From Caldilineaceae bacterium (lineage in GTDB: Bacteria; Chloroflexota; Anaerolineae; Caldilineales; Caldilineaceae), in assembly GCA_963663885.1 (NCBI GenBank), contig OY760647.1, forward strand, positions 3,617,256 through 3,681,255: 64,000 bases of DNA, written 5' to 3'. The notes beneath the pieces are model-generated. The model saw only the letters and a program-made list of their open reading frames with translations, did no database searches and had not been told where the DNA came from. This document shows positions 9,644 to 19,973 of this stretch, piece after piece (within the stretch, counting starts at the first letter, position 1; each line of letters opens with the position of its first letter). Made by a program: the position numbers and the translations under genes.

Positions 9644-10957
9644 TTAAATGTCGGAGATGACCTTGGTCACCTTCTCGGCCACCTCGGGCAGGATGTCCGC
9701 GGCCTGGGCATCGCCCTTGTAGATCAGGTCGAGGGCATCACCGATGAGCTTGAGCGACTCGCCCTCGTTGGCCGGTCCGGGCAGGATGCGGGCGTATTCC
9801 AGCGACTCCGGAATGGTGTGCCAGTCCACCTCGTACTCCACTTCGGGCGCGACCCAGGGCTTGGGATCGATCTCGTTGGTGGAGCGGCGCGTGCCGGGGA
9901 AGTTGGCCTCGGAGCAGTAGTTGTAGATGCCCTGCGTGCTGCAGTTGGCGTTGATCCAGGTCCAGGCGATGTCCTTGTGTTCGGACGTGCTGGAGATGGC
10001 GTTGAAGGCGCCGTGGGAGATGGTGGACGGCTGGGTCGACATCGGTTCGGGCGCGATGTTGAACTGGAACGGAGCCTCCACCAGGCCGCCTGTAATCCAG
10101 GTACCCATGCGCTGCATGCCGATCTTGCCGGCGCCCAGCAGTTCGGCCGCGGCGCCGGAGCCGCCGATGCCGATGATCTGGGACGGTGACGGCATGACGT
10201 TGCCGTCCAGCAGGAGGTCGGCCCAGTATTGGAGCGCCTCGACCGCGGGGGCATCGCTGATGGTGCAGGACAGGTAGTCGTCGCTGTAGAAGGAACCGCC
10301 GTTCTGCCACGTGAGCTTCACGCTCCACATGTGCCAGCCCACCGGAATGGTCTCGGAGCCCCAGATGCGGTTGTCCGGGTCGGAGATGGCCCGGGCCATC
10401 GACTCGTAGTCGGCCCAAGTGAAGTTGGCCGGGTCCGGGTAGTCCACGCCGTTCTCGTCGAACAGGTCGCGGTTGTAGAAGGTCATGTGCGTGGCGGCCG
10501 CGTCGGAGATGCCGTACCGCTTGCCGTCGACCACCGGGTAGTTCCACCAGTTGGGATAGAAGTCGTCCGGATCGAAATCGGTTTGGGCGTCGACATGGGC
10601 CTGCAGGTCGATGAACTGGTTGTTGCGGCCCAGATCCAGCGCCATGGCCTCCCAGCTCCGCACCACGTCGGGCAGGTTGCCGGCGGCGGCCAGGGCGGGA
10701 ATCTTGGCGTGGAATTCGCCGATCTGCTCGACCTCGACCGTGATCATCGGATTCTCTTCGTGGAAGGCATCCAAAGTGGTGGTCACGCCGGAGGCCGGGT
10801 CGTGGCGGCCGTAGCGGATGGTGACGGGTTCCGCCATGGCACCCATGTCACCGCTGTCCGTGGTTTCGGGCAGAACGCAGGCGGCCAGCGCACCGGCGGC
10901 GGCCACACCGGTCAAGCTCAGGAAGGTTCGTCGCGACAACGTATGTGGGTCGGTCAT
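9644..10957 (-). CDS. ABC transporter substrate-binding lipoprotein (family 1, TAT-exported)
   Basis: MTDPHTLSRRTFLSLTGVAAAGALAAC = twin-arginine motif + lipobox; ATG 10957 preceded by AAGGAGG; track ORF to 11425 is an upstream extension. Confidence 0.85.
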   Translation of the reverse strand: MTDPHTLSRRTFLSLTGVAAAGALAACVLPETTDSGDMGAMAEPVTIRYGRHDPASGVTTTLDAFHEENPMITVEVEQIGEFHAKIPALAAAGNLPDVVRSWEAMALDLGRNNQFIDLQAHVDAQTDFDPDDFYPNWWNYPVVDGKRYGISDAAATHMTFYNRDLFDENGVDYPDPANFTWADYESMARAISDPDNRIWGSETIPVGWHMWSVKLTWQNGGSFYSDDYLSCTISDAPAVEALQYWADLLLDGNVMPSPSQIIGIGGSGAAAELLGAGKIGMQRMGTWITGGLVEAPFQFNIAPEPMSTQPSTISHGAFNAISSTSEHKDIAWTWINANCSTQGIYNYCSEANFPGTRRSTNEIDPKPWVAPEVEYEVDWHTIPESLEYARILPGPANEGESLKLIGDALDLIYKGDAQAADILPEVAEKVTKVISDI

Positions 10958-11924
10958 ATTGCCTCCTTGGGAGTGCAGGAAACGCGGGCTGAGAATCGAT
11001 TTCAGGTCGATCGGCCAGATTATATATGTTGCATGGCTCGTTGGCCCCTGTCCGCGCCTCTTGTTAATCACTTCGTCCTGCCGCAGGCCCGGCTCTGTTT
11101 CAATTTCGTGATTTTGGTTGACACTTCCTTGCGGGGAAAATGCCGTGTGCTTGCATAAGGCCTTGGCGGCGGCCATCAGGGGCAGGACACGGTGCGCTCC
11201 GACCTTCGCCTTCAGCCTCGGATCAGGTACAGCCGGCCTTGCAAACCGAGGGCCCTTCCAGGGCTTGCCGGCCAGGATCATGGAGGGTTGGGCATGAGGG
11301 ATGCGACAAACGTCCCTTAGGAGGCCCCCGAAGCACGCCCGGGGCGGCAAGGGTCTGATGCCTGGTGGGCATGGTGTCCATGCAAGGAAACGGAAACCGT
11401 GCCCAACCGCCTTCGGCAACTCCACGCGCCGGGCAAGTCTGGTTTCCGTAACGTTAGGTCATGGCAAGTGTGGGTGCCGAGGGGTGTCCCGGTATGCCTG
11501 GAGGTGCTGATCGCCTGGTCCTACATCCATTTGGACCCCGCCATCGATCCGCTGACGGAGCTGCTGTCGTGGCTGTGGCAGGCGAACGTACCGGATGCGG
11601 AGATGCAGGCGTGGGACCGGATCCAAGTGGTGCAGCCGCCCTACGCGCCCGCGTCAAATCCGGTAGAGCGGTTCTTCCAGGGACTGCGCCGAGAGTTGGA
11701 GGGATGCATGTATGCTTGGTGGTCAAGCAGGAGGCGCCGGCGGCCGTCCTGCAGCTGTGACAGGCCGATCCGGTCCGAGTGTGCCACCTGTGCGGCTGGG
11801 CCTGGCTCCGGGAAACCCTGATGCCCCCTGCCTGCGGGCACGCAAGGCGCATCAACATAGCCAATTGCCTTTTGCACCTCAGTCGGGTTTTCCGCTGATC
11901 CACGGACCCAGGAGACGTTTCGCC

Positions 11925-14900
11925 ATGCGCCTGCCCTTGGTTGTCTGGTTGCTCCCGTGCTTGCTGCTGTCGGCCTGCGTCGCGCCTTTGCAGGACCGTG
12001 CCGTGCCGGACACATACGCGTCGATGGCTGGCGCCCGGCACGATGCATCCACCAGCCGTGCAGATGTGTTGGCCGCATCGCCTGCTCCGTCTGCTCTTGA
12101 TGCGCAGGTACTCCGGAAGCACTCGCGATCCGCCATCGGTGGCATCCTCGTGGAACCGCCATTCGACGGTTCTCCGCTGAAGACGCGGTTGCACCAAACC
12201 GACGAGACACGCGCGGTGCTCTCCATGGCATTTGGGCACGGTCTCCAGGGGCCGATCGGAGGTGGCGCACTTCAGCCACAGTTCAATGGCTATGAACTCG
12301 GTGACTTCGAGGTCCCCGATTGGGACAGTGCTTCGACATGGCGCACCGCGGATGTGGTTGGAAACGGTTGCGGGATGGCCGCCGATCAGAATGGTGGATA
12401 TGCAGATGGGGCAGATGGGGGCGTCCTCCGCGCCCCTTGCCTGATTGCCAGCGCCGAATCCCTCCCGGTCGCAGCCGACCTGCACACCGGGGAGGGGTTT
12501 TTCTCGGTCAGTGCCGGGGGCAATCACACCTGTAGTGTGCAGGCCAACGCGATTGTTCAATGCTGGGGTTGGAACAGCGATGGCCAGGCGACCCCGCCGG
12601 GCGGGCAATTCGTCGCGGTTGGTGCCGGGGAAGACCACACCTGCGGCATACAGACCGACAACACCGTTCAATGCTGGGGTTGGAACAGTGATGGCCAGGC
12701 GACCCCGCCGGACGGGCGGTTCGTCGCGGTTAGTGCCGGGACATTCCACACCTGCGGGGTGCGGACCGACAACACCGTCCAGTGCTGGGGGAGAGACCAG
12801 TACGGCCCAACGACCCCGCCGGACGGGCAGTTCATCGCCGTCAGCGCCGGGACATTCCACACCTGCGGGGTGCGGACGGACAACACCGTCCAGTGCTGGG
12901 GAAGAGACCAGTACGGCCCAACGACCCCGCCGGACGGGCGGTTCGTCGCCGTCAGTGCCGGGCATGCCCACACCTGTGGCGTACGGACCGACAACACCGT
13001 CCAGTGCTGGGGTGACAATGAATTCGGGCAAGTGACACCACCGGGCGGACAGTTCGTCGCCGTCAGCGCTGGAGATACCCACACCTGTGGCGTGCAGACC
13101 GACAATACTGTTCAATGCTGGGGGTGGGACGGTGATGGTCAGGCGACACCGCCAAGGGGACGGTTCATCGCCGTCGGAGCTGGTGAAGCCCATACCTGCG
13201 GGGTGCGGACCGACAACACCGTCCAATGTTGGGGAGACAACGGGTACGGCCAGGCGGCACCACCGACGGTTGCGGGTGCATCCGCGTCGTCGGGTACCCC
13301 GTCCGCGTCCCTGCACACAGCGGCAGGCTACGGGGATGCACAGACCGTTGCCCACCTTCTGGCGAACGGTGCCGATCCCGATGCGGTGGACGGCAATGGC
13401 GACACGGCCCTGCACCACGCGGCGCGGCATGGACATGTCCTGGTGGCCGACCGACTGCTCGAACACGGCGCGGACCCGGATGTGGTCAACGCCCATGGAA
13501 GTACACCTCTGCATCTTGCAGCCTGGTTCGGACACCATCAAGTAGCGTCACGGTTGCTCGACTATGGCGCAGTGTTGGACACCGTGGACAGTTGGGGCAA
13601 TACCCCCCTGGACAACGCCGTTGTGCAGGGCCACACCCGGGTGGCGGGGCTGATCGAGCATGCTGCGGCTCCGGCACCATCAGACCCGCAGTTGACCTCC
13701 GTCGATGCCGGGAGACACCATACCTGCGGAATGCGGGCCGACGACACCGTCCAGTGCTGGGGTTGGAACACGCAAGGCCAGGCGACACCATCGGACGGGA
13801 AATTCGTCTCCGTCAGTACCGGGGGGTTGCACACCTGTGGGGTCCGGGTAGAAGGCACCGTTCAGTGCTGGGGTTCCAATGGAGACGGCCGGGCGACGCC
13901 GCCGGCTGGGCAGTTCACCTCCGTCAGCGCCGGGCATGCCCACACTTGCGGTGTGCGGGCGAACGGCACCCTGCAATGCTGGGGACGGAATGACCAGGGC
14001 CAGTCGACGCCGCCGGCCGGACAGTTTGTCTCCGTCAGCGCCGGGGGTATACACACCTGCGGCATGCGGGCCGACGACACGGTTCAGTGCTGGGGGTGGA
14101 ACCTCTATGGCCAAGCAATGTCACCGGGCGGACGGTTTATCTCTGTCAGCGCCGGGAATTTCCACACGTGTGGGATACGGGCCGACGGCACCGTTCAGTG
14201 TTGGGGTTGGAACCTTTATGCCCAGGCGACGCCGCCGGATGGGAGGTTCGTCTCCGTCAGCGCCGGGTACTACTACGTGTGTGGCATAAGAACCGACGAA
14301 ACCGTTGAGTGCTGGGGTTGGAATGCTCACGGCCGGGCAACGCCGCTGGACGGGCGCTTCGTCTCCGTCAGCGCCGGGTATTCCCACACCTGCGGCATGC
14401 GGGCCGACGACACGGTTCAGTGCTGGGGCTGGAACGAGTATGGTCAGGCAACGCCGCCCAGCACAGACACCGTCGTACCCGGTACCAACAAAGACAAACC
14501 TGTGAATGAGGGCCAAGCCACGCCACCCCGGAGGTTCTCCCCGTCCGTCAGTGCCGGCGGGACCCACACTTGCGTCGTGCGCAGCGACGGCACGCTGGCC
14601 TGCTGGGGAGACAACAATGAGGGACAGGTCACACCTCCTGCGGGATCCTTCACATCCGTCAGTGCCGACGGATTCCACACCTGCGGTCTTCAGACCGACG
14701 GTTCCGTAGACTGCTGGGGGTGGAACCAGGATGGTCAGGCAACGCCACCCGCGGATTCGTTTGCATCCATTAGCGCCGGAGGAACCCACACCTGTGGGGT
14801 GCACACCGACGGCACCTTGGCCTGTTGGGGCTCCAACGACCAGGGACAGGCCAGACCGCCCGCGGGTTCATTCGAATCCGTCAGCGCCGGTGGTTTTCAC

Positions 14901-17816
14901 ACCTGTGGGGCGCGCACCGACAACACAGTGGCCTGCTGGGGCTTGAACAACGAAGGACAGGCAGCACCGCCCGCGGGTTCATTTGAATCGGTCAGCGTCG
15001 GTGGAGGCCACACCTGTGGCGTGCGTACCGACGGCACCCTGGCCTGCTGGGGCTCCAACGACCAAGGGCAGGCCATACCGCCGGCGGGTTCCTTCAAATC
15101 CGTCAGCGCCGGTGGTTTTCACACTTGTGGGGTGCGCACCGACAACAACATGGCCTGCTGGGGCTTGAACAACGAAGGCCAGGCAGCACCGCCCGCGGGT
15201 GCCTTTGAATCCGTCAGTGCCGGTGTCTTTCACACCTGTGGGGTGCGCACCGACGGTACCTTGGACTGCTGGGGCAGCAACTCGGATGGCCAAGGTCAAG
15301 CGATATCGTCTGGGGAACCGCTCACATCCTCAAGTAAGGGCGTCGTCGTCGATACCGATACCAGCAAGTCTGTCACGGTCAACCGTTACACACTGGAAGG
15401 CCACACGGGTTCGGTCGAGAGTGTGGCGTTCAGCCCGGACGGCCGGATTCTGGCCAGTGCCGGCTTGGATGGCACCGTACGCTTGTGGGATACGGCCGCG
15501 GGCACTTCCCTGAACATTCTGGAAGGCCACACGGGGGAGTTCGTGGAAGGGGTGAGCTGGGATGTGGCGTACAGCCCGGATGGGCACACGCTTGCCATTG
15601 CCCGCGAGGATGGCACCGTACATGTGTGGGATGCCGCCGCGGGCACCTCCCGTTACATTCTGGAGGGCGACACGCGCGGGGTCTGGGATGTGGAGTTCAG
15701 CCCGGACGGGCGGACCCTTGCCAGTGCCGGCTGGGACGGCACCGTGCGCCTGTGGGATGCGGACACCGGTGCCCTGCGGCACCTCCTGGAACGCCACGCG
15801 ACTGCGGTCGCGAGCTTGGTGTTCAGCCCGGATGGGGACACCCTGGCCAGTACAGGAGGCTTCGGCAGTGGCGGGGCCGACGGGACTGTGCATCTGTGGC
15901 ATGTGGGCACGGGCACCCTCCTGAACATTCTGGAGGGCCACACGGGTCCAATCTGGCATGCAGCGTTCAGCCCGGACGGGAACACCTTGGCCAGCGCCGG
16001 CAGGGACGGCACCGTACGCCTGTGGGATGCGGACACCGGTGCCCTGCGGTACGTCCTGTACGGCCACTTGACGGCAGCTCTCAGTGTGGCATTCAGCCCG
16101 GACGGGCGAACCCTTGCCAGCGCCGGCCGGGACGGCACCGTGCACCTGTGGGACGCGGCCACCGGGTCTCCCCTTCAGGTCTTGGGGGGCCACACGGACG
16201 GAGATGCGAGTATGGTGGTCGCGTTCAGCCCGGACGGGCGGACCCTGGCCAGCGCCGGCGGGGACGGCGGTCCGTCTGCCCGGCATGTGATTCCGACATT
16301 CGCCATCCTCGCCTTCGTCCCCGAAGCCGGTAGTGGCACGGTGCACCTGTGGGATGCGGCCACGGGTGCCCTTCGGCACACCATGGAGGATCACACGGGG
16401 ATTGTTCGGAGTATCGAGTTCAGCCCTGACGGACACACGTTGGCCAGTGCCGCCACGGATGGTACCGTGCGTCTCTGGAATATCGCCACCGCAGCAGCGT
16501 TGCCCTTGCACGAGGCGGCGGCGTACGGGGACACCGAAACCGTGGCCCGCCTGCTGTCGGAAGGGGCGGATCCCAACGCGGCGGCCCCCAACGGCGACAC
16601 ACCGCTGCACTATGCAGTACGGCGCGGATATACGCGGACAGCATCGTTGTTGCTGCAACACGGCTCAGATCCGCATGCAATCAACATGGAACAGGAAACG
16701 CCGTTGCATCTCGCAGTTTGGTTCGAACACGCAGGAGCAGCGGCACTCCTGCTGGAGCATGGAGCTGCGGTCGACGCCTCGGACCGTTCGGGCAATACCC
16801 CGCTGGACAATGCCGCGATCCGTGGCTATCCCGCACTTGCCGCGCTGTTGTGCCAAGCAGTGGCGGGTTCGGCTCAATCGTCGGCCTGCAACGATGAAGC
16901 CACGAACACGCTGCTGCACACTCTGGACAGTCACACAGACGAGGTTACGAGCGTGGCGTTCAGTCCGGACGGACAAACGCTGGCCAGTGCCGGTCGGGAC
17001 GGTACCGTGCGCCTATGGGACGTGGACGCGGGCACCCTTCGGGATACCCGCGAGGCCCACTTCAGCGACGTTTACAACGTGGCGTTCAGTCCGGACGGGC
17101 ACACCCTGGCCAGTGCCGGCTACGACAACGTAGTGCGCCTGTGGGATGCGGACTTGAGCGCCCTGCGGCACACATTGGAGGGCCACGAAGAGCCGGTCTA
17201 CATCTTGGAATTCAGTCCGGACGGGCACGTTCTGGCCAGTAGAGGTGGGGACGGCACGATACGCCTGTGGGATGCGGACTCGGGCACTCTCTTGTTCATT
17301 TTGGAGGGCTGCGGAGGCTCGATCTGGGACATGGAGTTCAGTCCGGACGGGCGTACCTTGGCTAGCGTCGGAGGAGACGGCATCGTGTGCCTGTGGGACA
17401 CGATTGTGGGGTCGCTGCGGTACACCCTGGAGGGCCACACCGCTGACACGCGGAGGGTGGCGTTCAGCCCTGACGGACACACGTTGGCCAGTGGCGGTAC
17501 GGACCGCACCGTCCGCCTGTGGGATGTGACTACCGGCACGCTCTTGTACACCCTGGTGGGGCATGGGTCGGTAGTCCGCACCGTGGCGTTCAGCCCGGAC
17601 GGGCACACCCTGGCCAGCGCGGGTGACGACCGCACTGTGCGCCTGTGGGATGTGGCTACGGGATCCCTGCGGCGCACCTTGCGCGGCCATACGGATGTGG
17701 TCCCTATCGTGAAATTCAGCCCTGACGGGAAAATCCTCGCCAGCGCGGGTGACGACCACACCGTGCGTCTGTGGGCAATGGTTGCCAACGACCCTCCCGG
17801 AACCCGGGAGGATTAG
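11925..17816 (+). CDS. giant multi-repeat lipoprotein: RCC1-like repeats + ankyrin + RCC1-like repeats + WD40 + ankyrin + WD40
   Basis: N-terminus MRLPLVVWLLPCLLLSAC (lipoprotein signal, LSAC lipobox) with AGGAGA RBS; ~25 copies of ~50-aa HTCGVRTDNTVQCWGxNxxGQATPP repeat; ankyrin blocks (GDTALHHAARHGHVLVADRLLEHGADPD); WD40 repeats (GHTGSVESVAFSPDGRILASAGLDGTVRLWD); 1963 aa. Confidence 0.8.
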   Translation: MRLPLVVWLLPCLLLSACVAPLQDRAVPDTYASMAGARHDASTSRADVLAASPAPSALDAQVLRKHSRSAIGGILVEPPFDGSPLKTRLHQTDETRAVLSMAFGHGLQGPIGGGALQPQFNGYELGDFEVPDWDSASTWRTADVVGNGCGMAADQNGGYADGADGGVLRAPCLIASAESLPVAADLHTGEGFFSVSAGGNHTCSVQANAIVQCWGWNSDGQATPPGGQFVAVGAGEDHTCGIQTDNTVQCWGWNSDGQATPPDGRFVAVSAGTFHTCGVRTDNTVQCWGRDQYGPTTPPDGQFIAVSAGTFHTCGVRTDNTVQCWGRDQYGPTTPPDGRFVAVSAGHAHTCGVRTDNTVQCWGDNEFGQVTPPGGQFVAVSAGDTHTCGVQTDNTVQCWGWDGDGQATPPRGRFIAVGAGEAHTCGVRTDNTVQCWGDNGYGQAAPPTVAGASASSGTPSASLHTAAGYGDAQTVAHLLANGADPDAVDGNGDTALHHAARHGHVLVADRLLEHGADPDVVNAHGSTPLHLAAWFGHHQVASRLLDYGAVLDTVDSWGNTPLDNAVVQGHTRVAGLIEHAAAPAPSDPQLTSVDAGRHHTCGMRADDTVQCWGWNTQGQATPSDGKFVSVSTGGLHTCGVRVEGTVQCWGSNGDGRATPPAGQFTSVSAGHAHTCGVRANGTLQCWGRNDQGQSTPPAGQFVSVSAGGIHTCGMRADDTVQCWGWNLYGQAMSPGGRFISVSAGNFHTCGIRADGTVQCWGWNLYAQATPPDGRFVSVSAGYYYVCGIRTDETVECWGWNAHGRATPLDGRFVSVSAGYSHTCGMRADDTVQCWGWNEYGQATPPSTDTVVPGTNKDKPVNEGQATPPRRFSPSVSAGGTHTCVVRSDGTLACWGDNNEGQVTPPAGSFTSVSADGFHTCGLQTDGSVDCWGWNQDGQATPPADSFASISAGGTHTCGVHTDGTLACWGSNDQGQARPPAGSFESVSAGGFHTCGARTDNTVACWGLNNEGQAAPPAGSFESVSVGGGHTCGVRTDGTLACWGSNDQGQAIPPAGSFKSVSAGGFHTCGVRTDNNMACWGLNNEGQAAPPAGAFESVSAGVFHTCGVRTDGTLDCWGSNSDGQGQAISSGEPLTSSSKGVVVDTDTSKSVTVNRYTLEGHTGSVESVAFSPDGRILASAGLDGTVRLWDTAAGTSLNILEGHTGEFVEGVSWDVAYSPDGHTLAIAREDGTVHVWDAAAGTSRYILEGDTRGVWDVEFSPDGRTLASAGWDGTVRLWDADTGALRHLLERHATAVASLVFSPDGDTLASTGGFGSGGADGTVHLWHVGTGTLLNILEGHTGPIWHAAFSPDGNTLASAGRDGTVRLWDADTGALRYVLYGHLTAALSVAFSPDGRTLASAGRDGTVHLWDAATGSPLQVLGGHTDGDASMVVAFSPDGRTLASAGGDGGPSARHVIPTFAILAFVPEAGSGTVHLWDAATGALRHTMEDHTGIVRSIEFSPDGHTLASAATDGTVRLWNIATAAALPLHEAAAYGDTETVARLLSEGADPNAAAPNGDTPLHYAVRRGYTRTASLLLQHGSDPHAINMEQETPLHLAVWFEHAGAAALLLEHGAAVDASDRSGNTPLDNAAIRGYPALAALLCQAVAGSAQSSACNDEATNTLLHTLDSHTDEVTSVAFSPDGQTLASAGRDGTVRLWDVDAGTLRDTREAHFSDVYNVAFSPDGHTLASAGYDNVVRLWDADLSALRHTLEGHEEPVYILEFSPDGHVLASRGGDGTIRLWDADSGTLLFILEGCGGSIWDMEFSPDGRTLASVGGDGIVCLWDTIVGSLRYTLEGHTADTRRVAFSPDGHTLASGGTDRTVRLWDVTTGTLLYTLVGHGSVVRTVAFSPDGHTLASAGDDRTVRLWDVATGSLRRTLRGHTDVVPIVKFSPDGKILASAGDDHTVRLWAMVANDPPGTRED
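12500..15290 (+). repeat. tandem ~150-bp DNA repeats encoding RCC1-like blades (inside CDS 11925..17816)
   Basis: near-identical nucleotide units (e.g. acctgcggggtgcggaccgacaacaccgtccagtgctgggg recurring); generate numerous spurious antisense ORFs. Confidence 0.6.
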
Positions 17817-18653
17817 GCAGTGGGTCCAACCTCGTTCCGCCGATGAAGCCGCGGCCGGGGCGGACCGTCCTGTGTTCCGTCCCGGTCACGATGCCAGAAT
17901 CCGAGACCCCGATTGGGCCGACCGGGGCGATGGCCTCTGCCCCCGTCGATATTTCAAAACTGTTCATACCACTGACATACGCGAATACCCCTGTCGAGGG
18001 AGCGGCCAGGGCTGTGTCGTTGCAGGGCGGAGCTCAAAGCTGCCGCGAACCAACTGTCCGCAATGCGAAACATGGCCGGCAGCATTAAGGGGTTGACCAT
18101 GCCCAAGCAGTAGACGAATGCCGAGTTCCAGTGCTTACCGAGAGATGTAGTCCGGATCAACTCTGTCCGTGCACCCGGGCCAGGAATTGCGTGTGCAACA
18201 GCCTTGGACTAAACAATTTGTTGCCTGTTTCCCCCTCATGGCTACGTAAACATCGATGGGTGTTGCCGACCAATTCCAAACAACGCGAGTCCGGATTTCA
18301 CACCAAGTGAGAAGCCAATTGCGGCATCTGATGAGTTGTCCGTCTTCACCACTTCATCGGCTAGGTCATCTGGTGATCTCGGCCTTCCGCTCGGTGATCG
18401 AATTGTCTCCTTCAGTGTTAGCCTGCATGATGCGTGCAGAGAGTGGAAACAGACGGTACCTTGGTTTGCTGAGGAGTTAACGGTAACTTTGGAGGACTCG
18501 AACTCCGAACGCGCAGTCCCGACCAGGTGCCAACCTCATCCGGTTGGAGCAAATCGGCTGGACTGTTAGATTTATGGAGTTGGCCCGGCATTCCGGCGCG
18601 GACCCTGCCGGTCAATGACTCTTCGAGCATTGGCATCGGGACTTCCACTTTCC

Positions 18654-19922
18654 ATGGCAAACATCAATCTCGCAATCGTTGGCTGCGGCGGAATGGGCAC
18701 CCGCCATCTGCGGGGCCTGGCGGAGTTGCAGAAGCACGGTCTGTCGGAGTTCAACCTGGTCGCGCTGTGCGATCCGGTGCTGGATAACGCCAACCTCTTG
18801 GCGGACGAGGCGGCGGAACGGTTCGGGACACGCCCGGCCGTGGTTCCCGCCCTGGCGGAACTGGCGGCCCACGGGGTACAGGCCGTGGACATCACCACCA
18901 CGCCCCGGTACCACCACACGCTGGCGGTGGAGGCCTTGGAGTTGGGCTGGCACGTCATGTGCGAGAAGCCTGTGGGCCTGACGGTCGAGTGCTGCCGCCG
19001 GATTAGGGAAGCCCGGAGCCGAACCGGCCGCGTTCTGTCCGTGGCGGAGAACTACCGCCGCGATCCCATGAACCGGCTGGCCAAGGCGGTCCTGGAATCC
19101 GGAGCCATCGGGGAGCCGCGCCTCATGATCCACAACACGCTGGGCGGCGCGGACCGGATGACGATCTCCGTTTGGCGCCACATGAAGGATCAGAGCGGGG
19201 TACTGCTGGACGTCGGGGTCCACTTCACCGACATTCTCGAGTACTACCTCGGGCCCGCGGTCACTGCCTACGGTCAGGTGCGGTTGCACGAACCCGTGCG
19301 GCGCAACCCCGCCGCGGGCAAGGACAACGACATGAGCTCCAACCCGGCGGGAATCTACGGCCGGTGGCAGAAGGTGATGCCGGCCACCTTTGAGCCCACG
19401 GCCGAGGACGCAGCCTACGGAACCATCACGCACGCCAACGGCGCGGTGACCCAGTTTGTCGAGGACCACGCCGGCCACGGCCGGGGGGTGTTCCAGCGAC
19501 AGCTGTTCGGGGCGCGGGGTTCCATGGACCTGCCCAATGATCGGAGCGGTCAGCCGGTCACCGTGCATCTGGCCGACGGCAAGTCCCTGACCGGCGACGA
19601 AGTGTTGGGCCTGGTGCCGGATTTCCGGCTTGAGGGGGCAACCGCCGCCCTCTTCGGCGGGGAACGCCTGGGGGGATATGATCTGCCCTTCACCGAGATC
19701 GATCCCAGGATCATCGCCATCGAGTACGCGGAGCTGGGCCAGGTCCTGACTGGCCGCAAGCCTGCCGTGGAAGTGGACATCGAGCAGGGCATGCGCTCGG
19801 TGGCCCTGGTCTATGCCCTGATGGAGTCCAGCCTGCTCAACCGCGCGGTGACGATGGATGAAGTCCTGGCCGGCTCCGTCAACGGCTATCAGGCCGAGAT
19901 CGATGAAGTCCTGTTTCCCTGA
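18654..19922 (+). CDS. Gfo/Idh/MocA family NAD(P)-dependent oxidoreductase
   Basis: MANINLAIVGCGGMGTRHLRG Rossmann N-terminus, ...WHVMCEKP motif of the family; alternative upstream ATG at 18615. Confidence 0.8.
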   Translation: MANINLAIVGCGGMGTRHLRGLAELQKHGLSEFNLVALCDPVLDNANLLADEAAERFGTRPAVVPALAELAAHGVQAVDITTTPRYHHTLAVEALELGWHVMCEKPVGLTVECCRRIREARSRTGRVLSVAENYRRDPMNRLAKAVLESGAIGEPRLMIHNTLGGADRMTISVWRHMKDQSGVLLDVGVHFTDILEYYLGPAVTAYGQVRLHEPVRRNPAAGKDNDMSSNPAGIYGRWQKVMPATFEPTAEDAAYGTITHANGAVTQFVEDHAGHGRGVFQRQLFGARGSMDLPNDRSGQPVTVHLADGKSLTGDEVLGLVPDFRLEGATAALFGGERLGGYDLPFTEIDPRIIAIEYAELGQVLTGRKPAVEVDIEQGMRSVALVYALMESSLLNRAVTMDEVLAGSVNGYQAEIDEVLFP

Positions 19923-19973
19923 TCCCGCCCGGCGGGACGAATCAATGTATCCGACCCCAGCCAAGAGGTCCCC

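Noticed and set aside
7545-10189. Plus-strand ORFs 7545..8699, 8557..9660, 9497..10189
   Set aside because: Antisense to the ABC permease and SBP genes. Charged low-complexity translations.
11454-13541. 695-aa minus-strand ORF
   Set aside because: Antisense to the RCC1-repeat gene and the divergent intergenic region. Pro/Arg/Gly-rich translation typical of high-GC antisense frames. No motifs.
12445-16661. Multiple 100-440-aa ORFs on both strands inside 11925..17816 (e.g. 12445..13035 +, 15330..16661 -, 15485..16333 +)
   Set aside because: Alternative-frame or antisense readings of the tandem RCC1/WD40 repeat DNA; repetitive P/A/G/R-rich products.
18447-18500. Possible tRNA gene (T-arm-like GGAG-TTCGAGT-CTCC)
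   Set aside because: No complementary acceptor stem, D-arm or anticodon arm could be built on either strand. Kept only as a remnant hypothesis.
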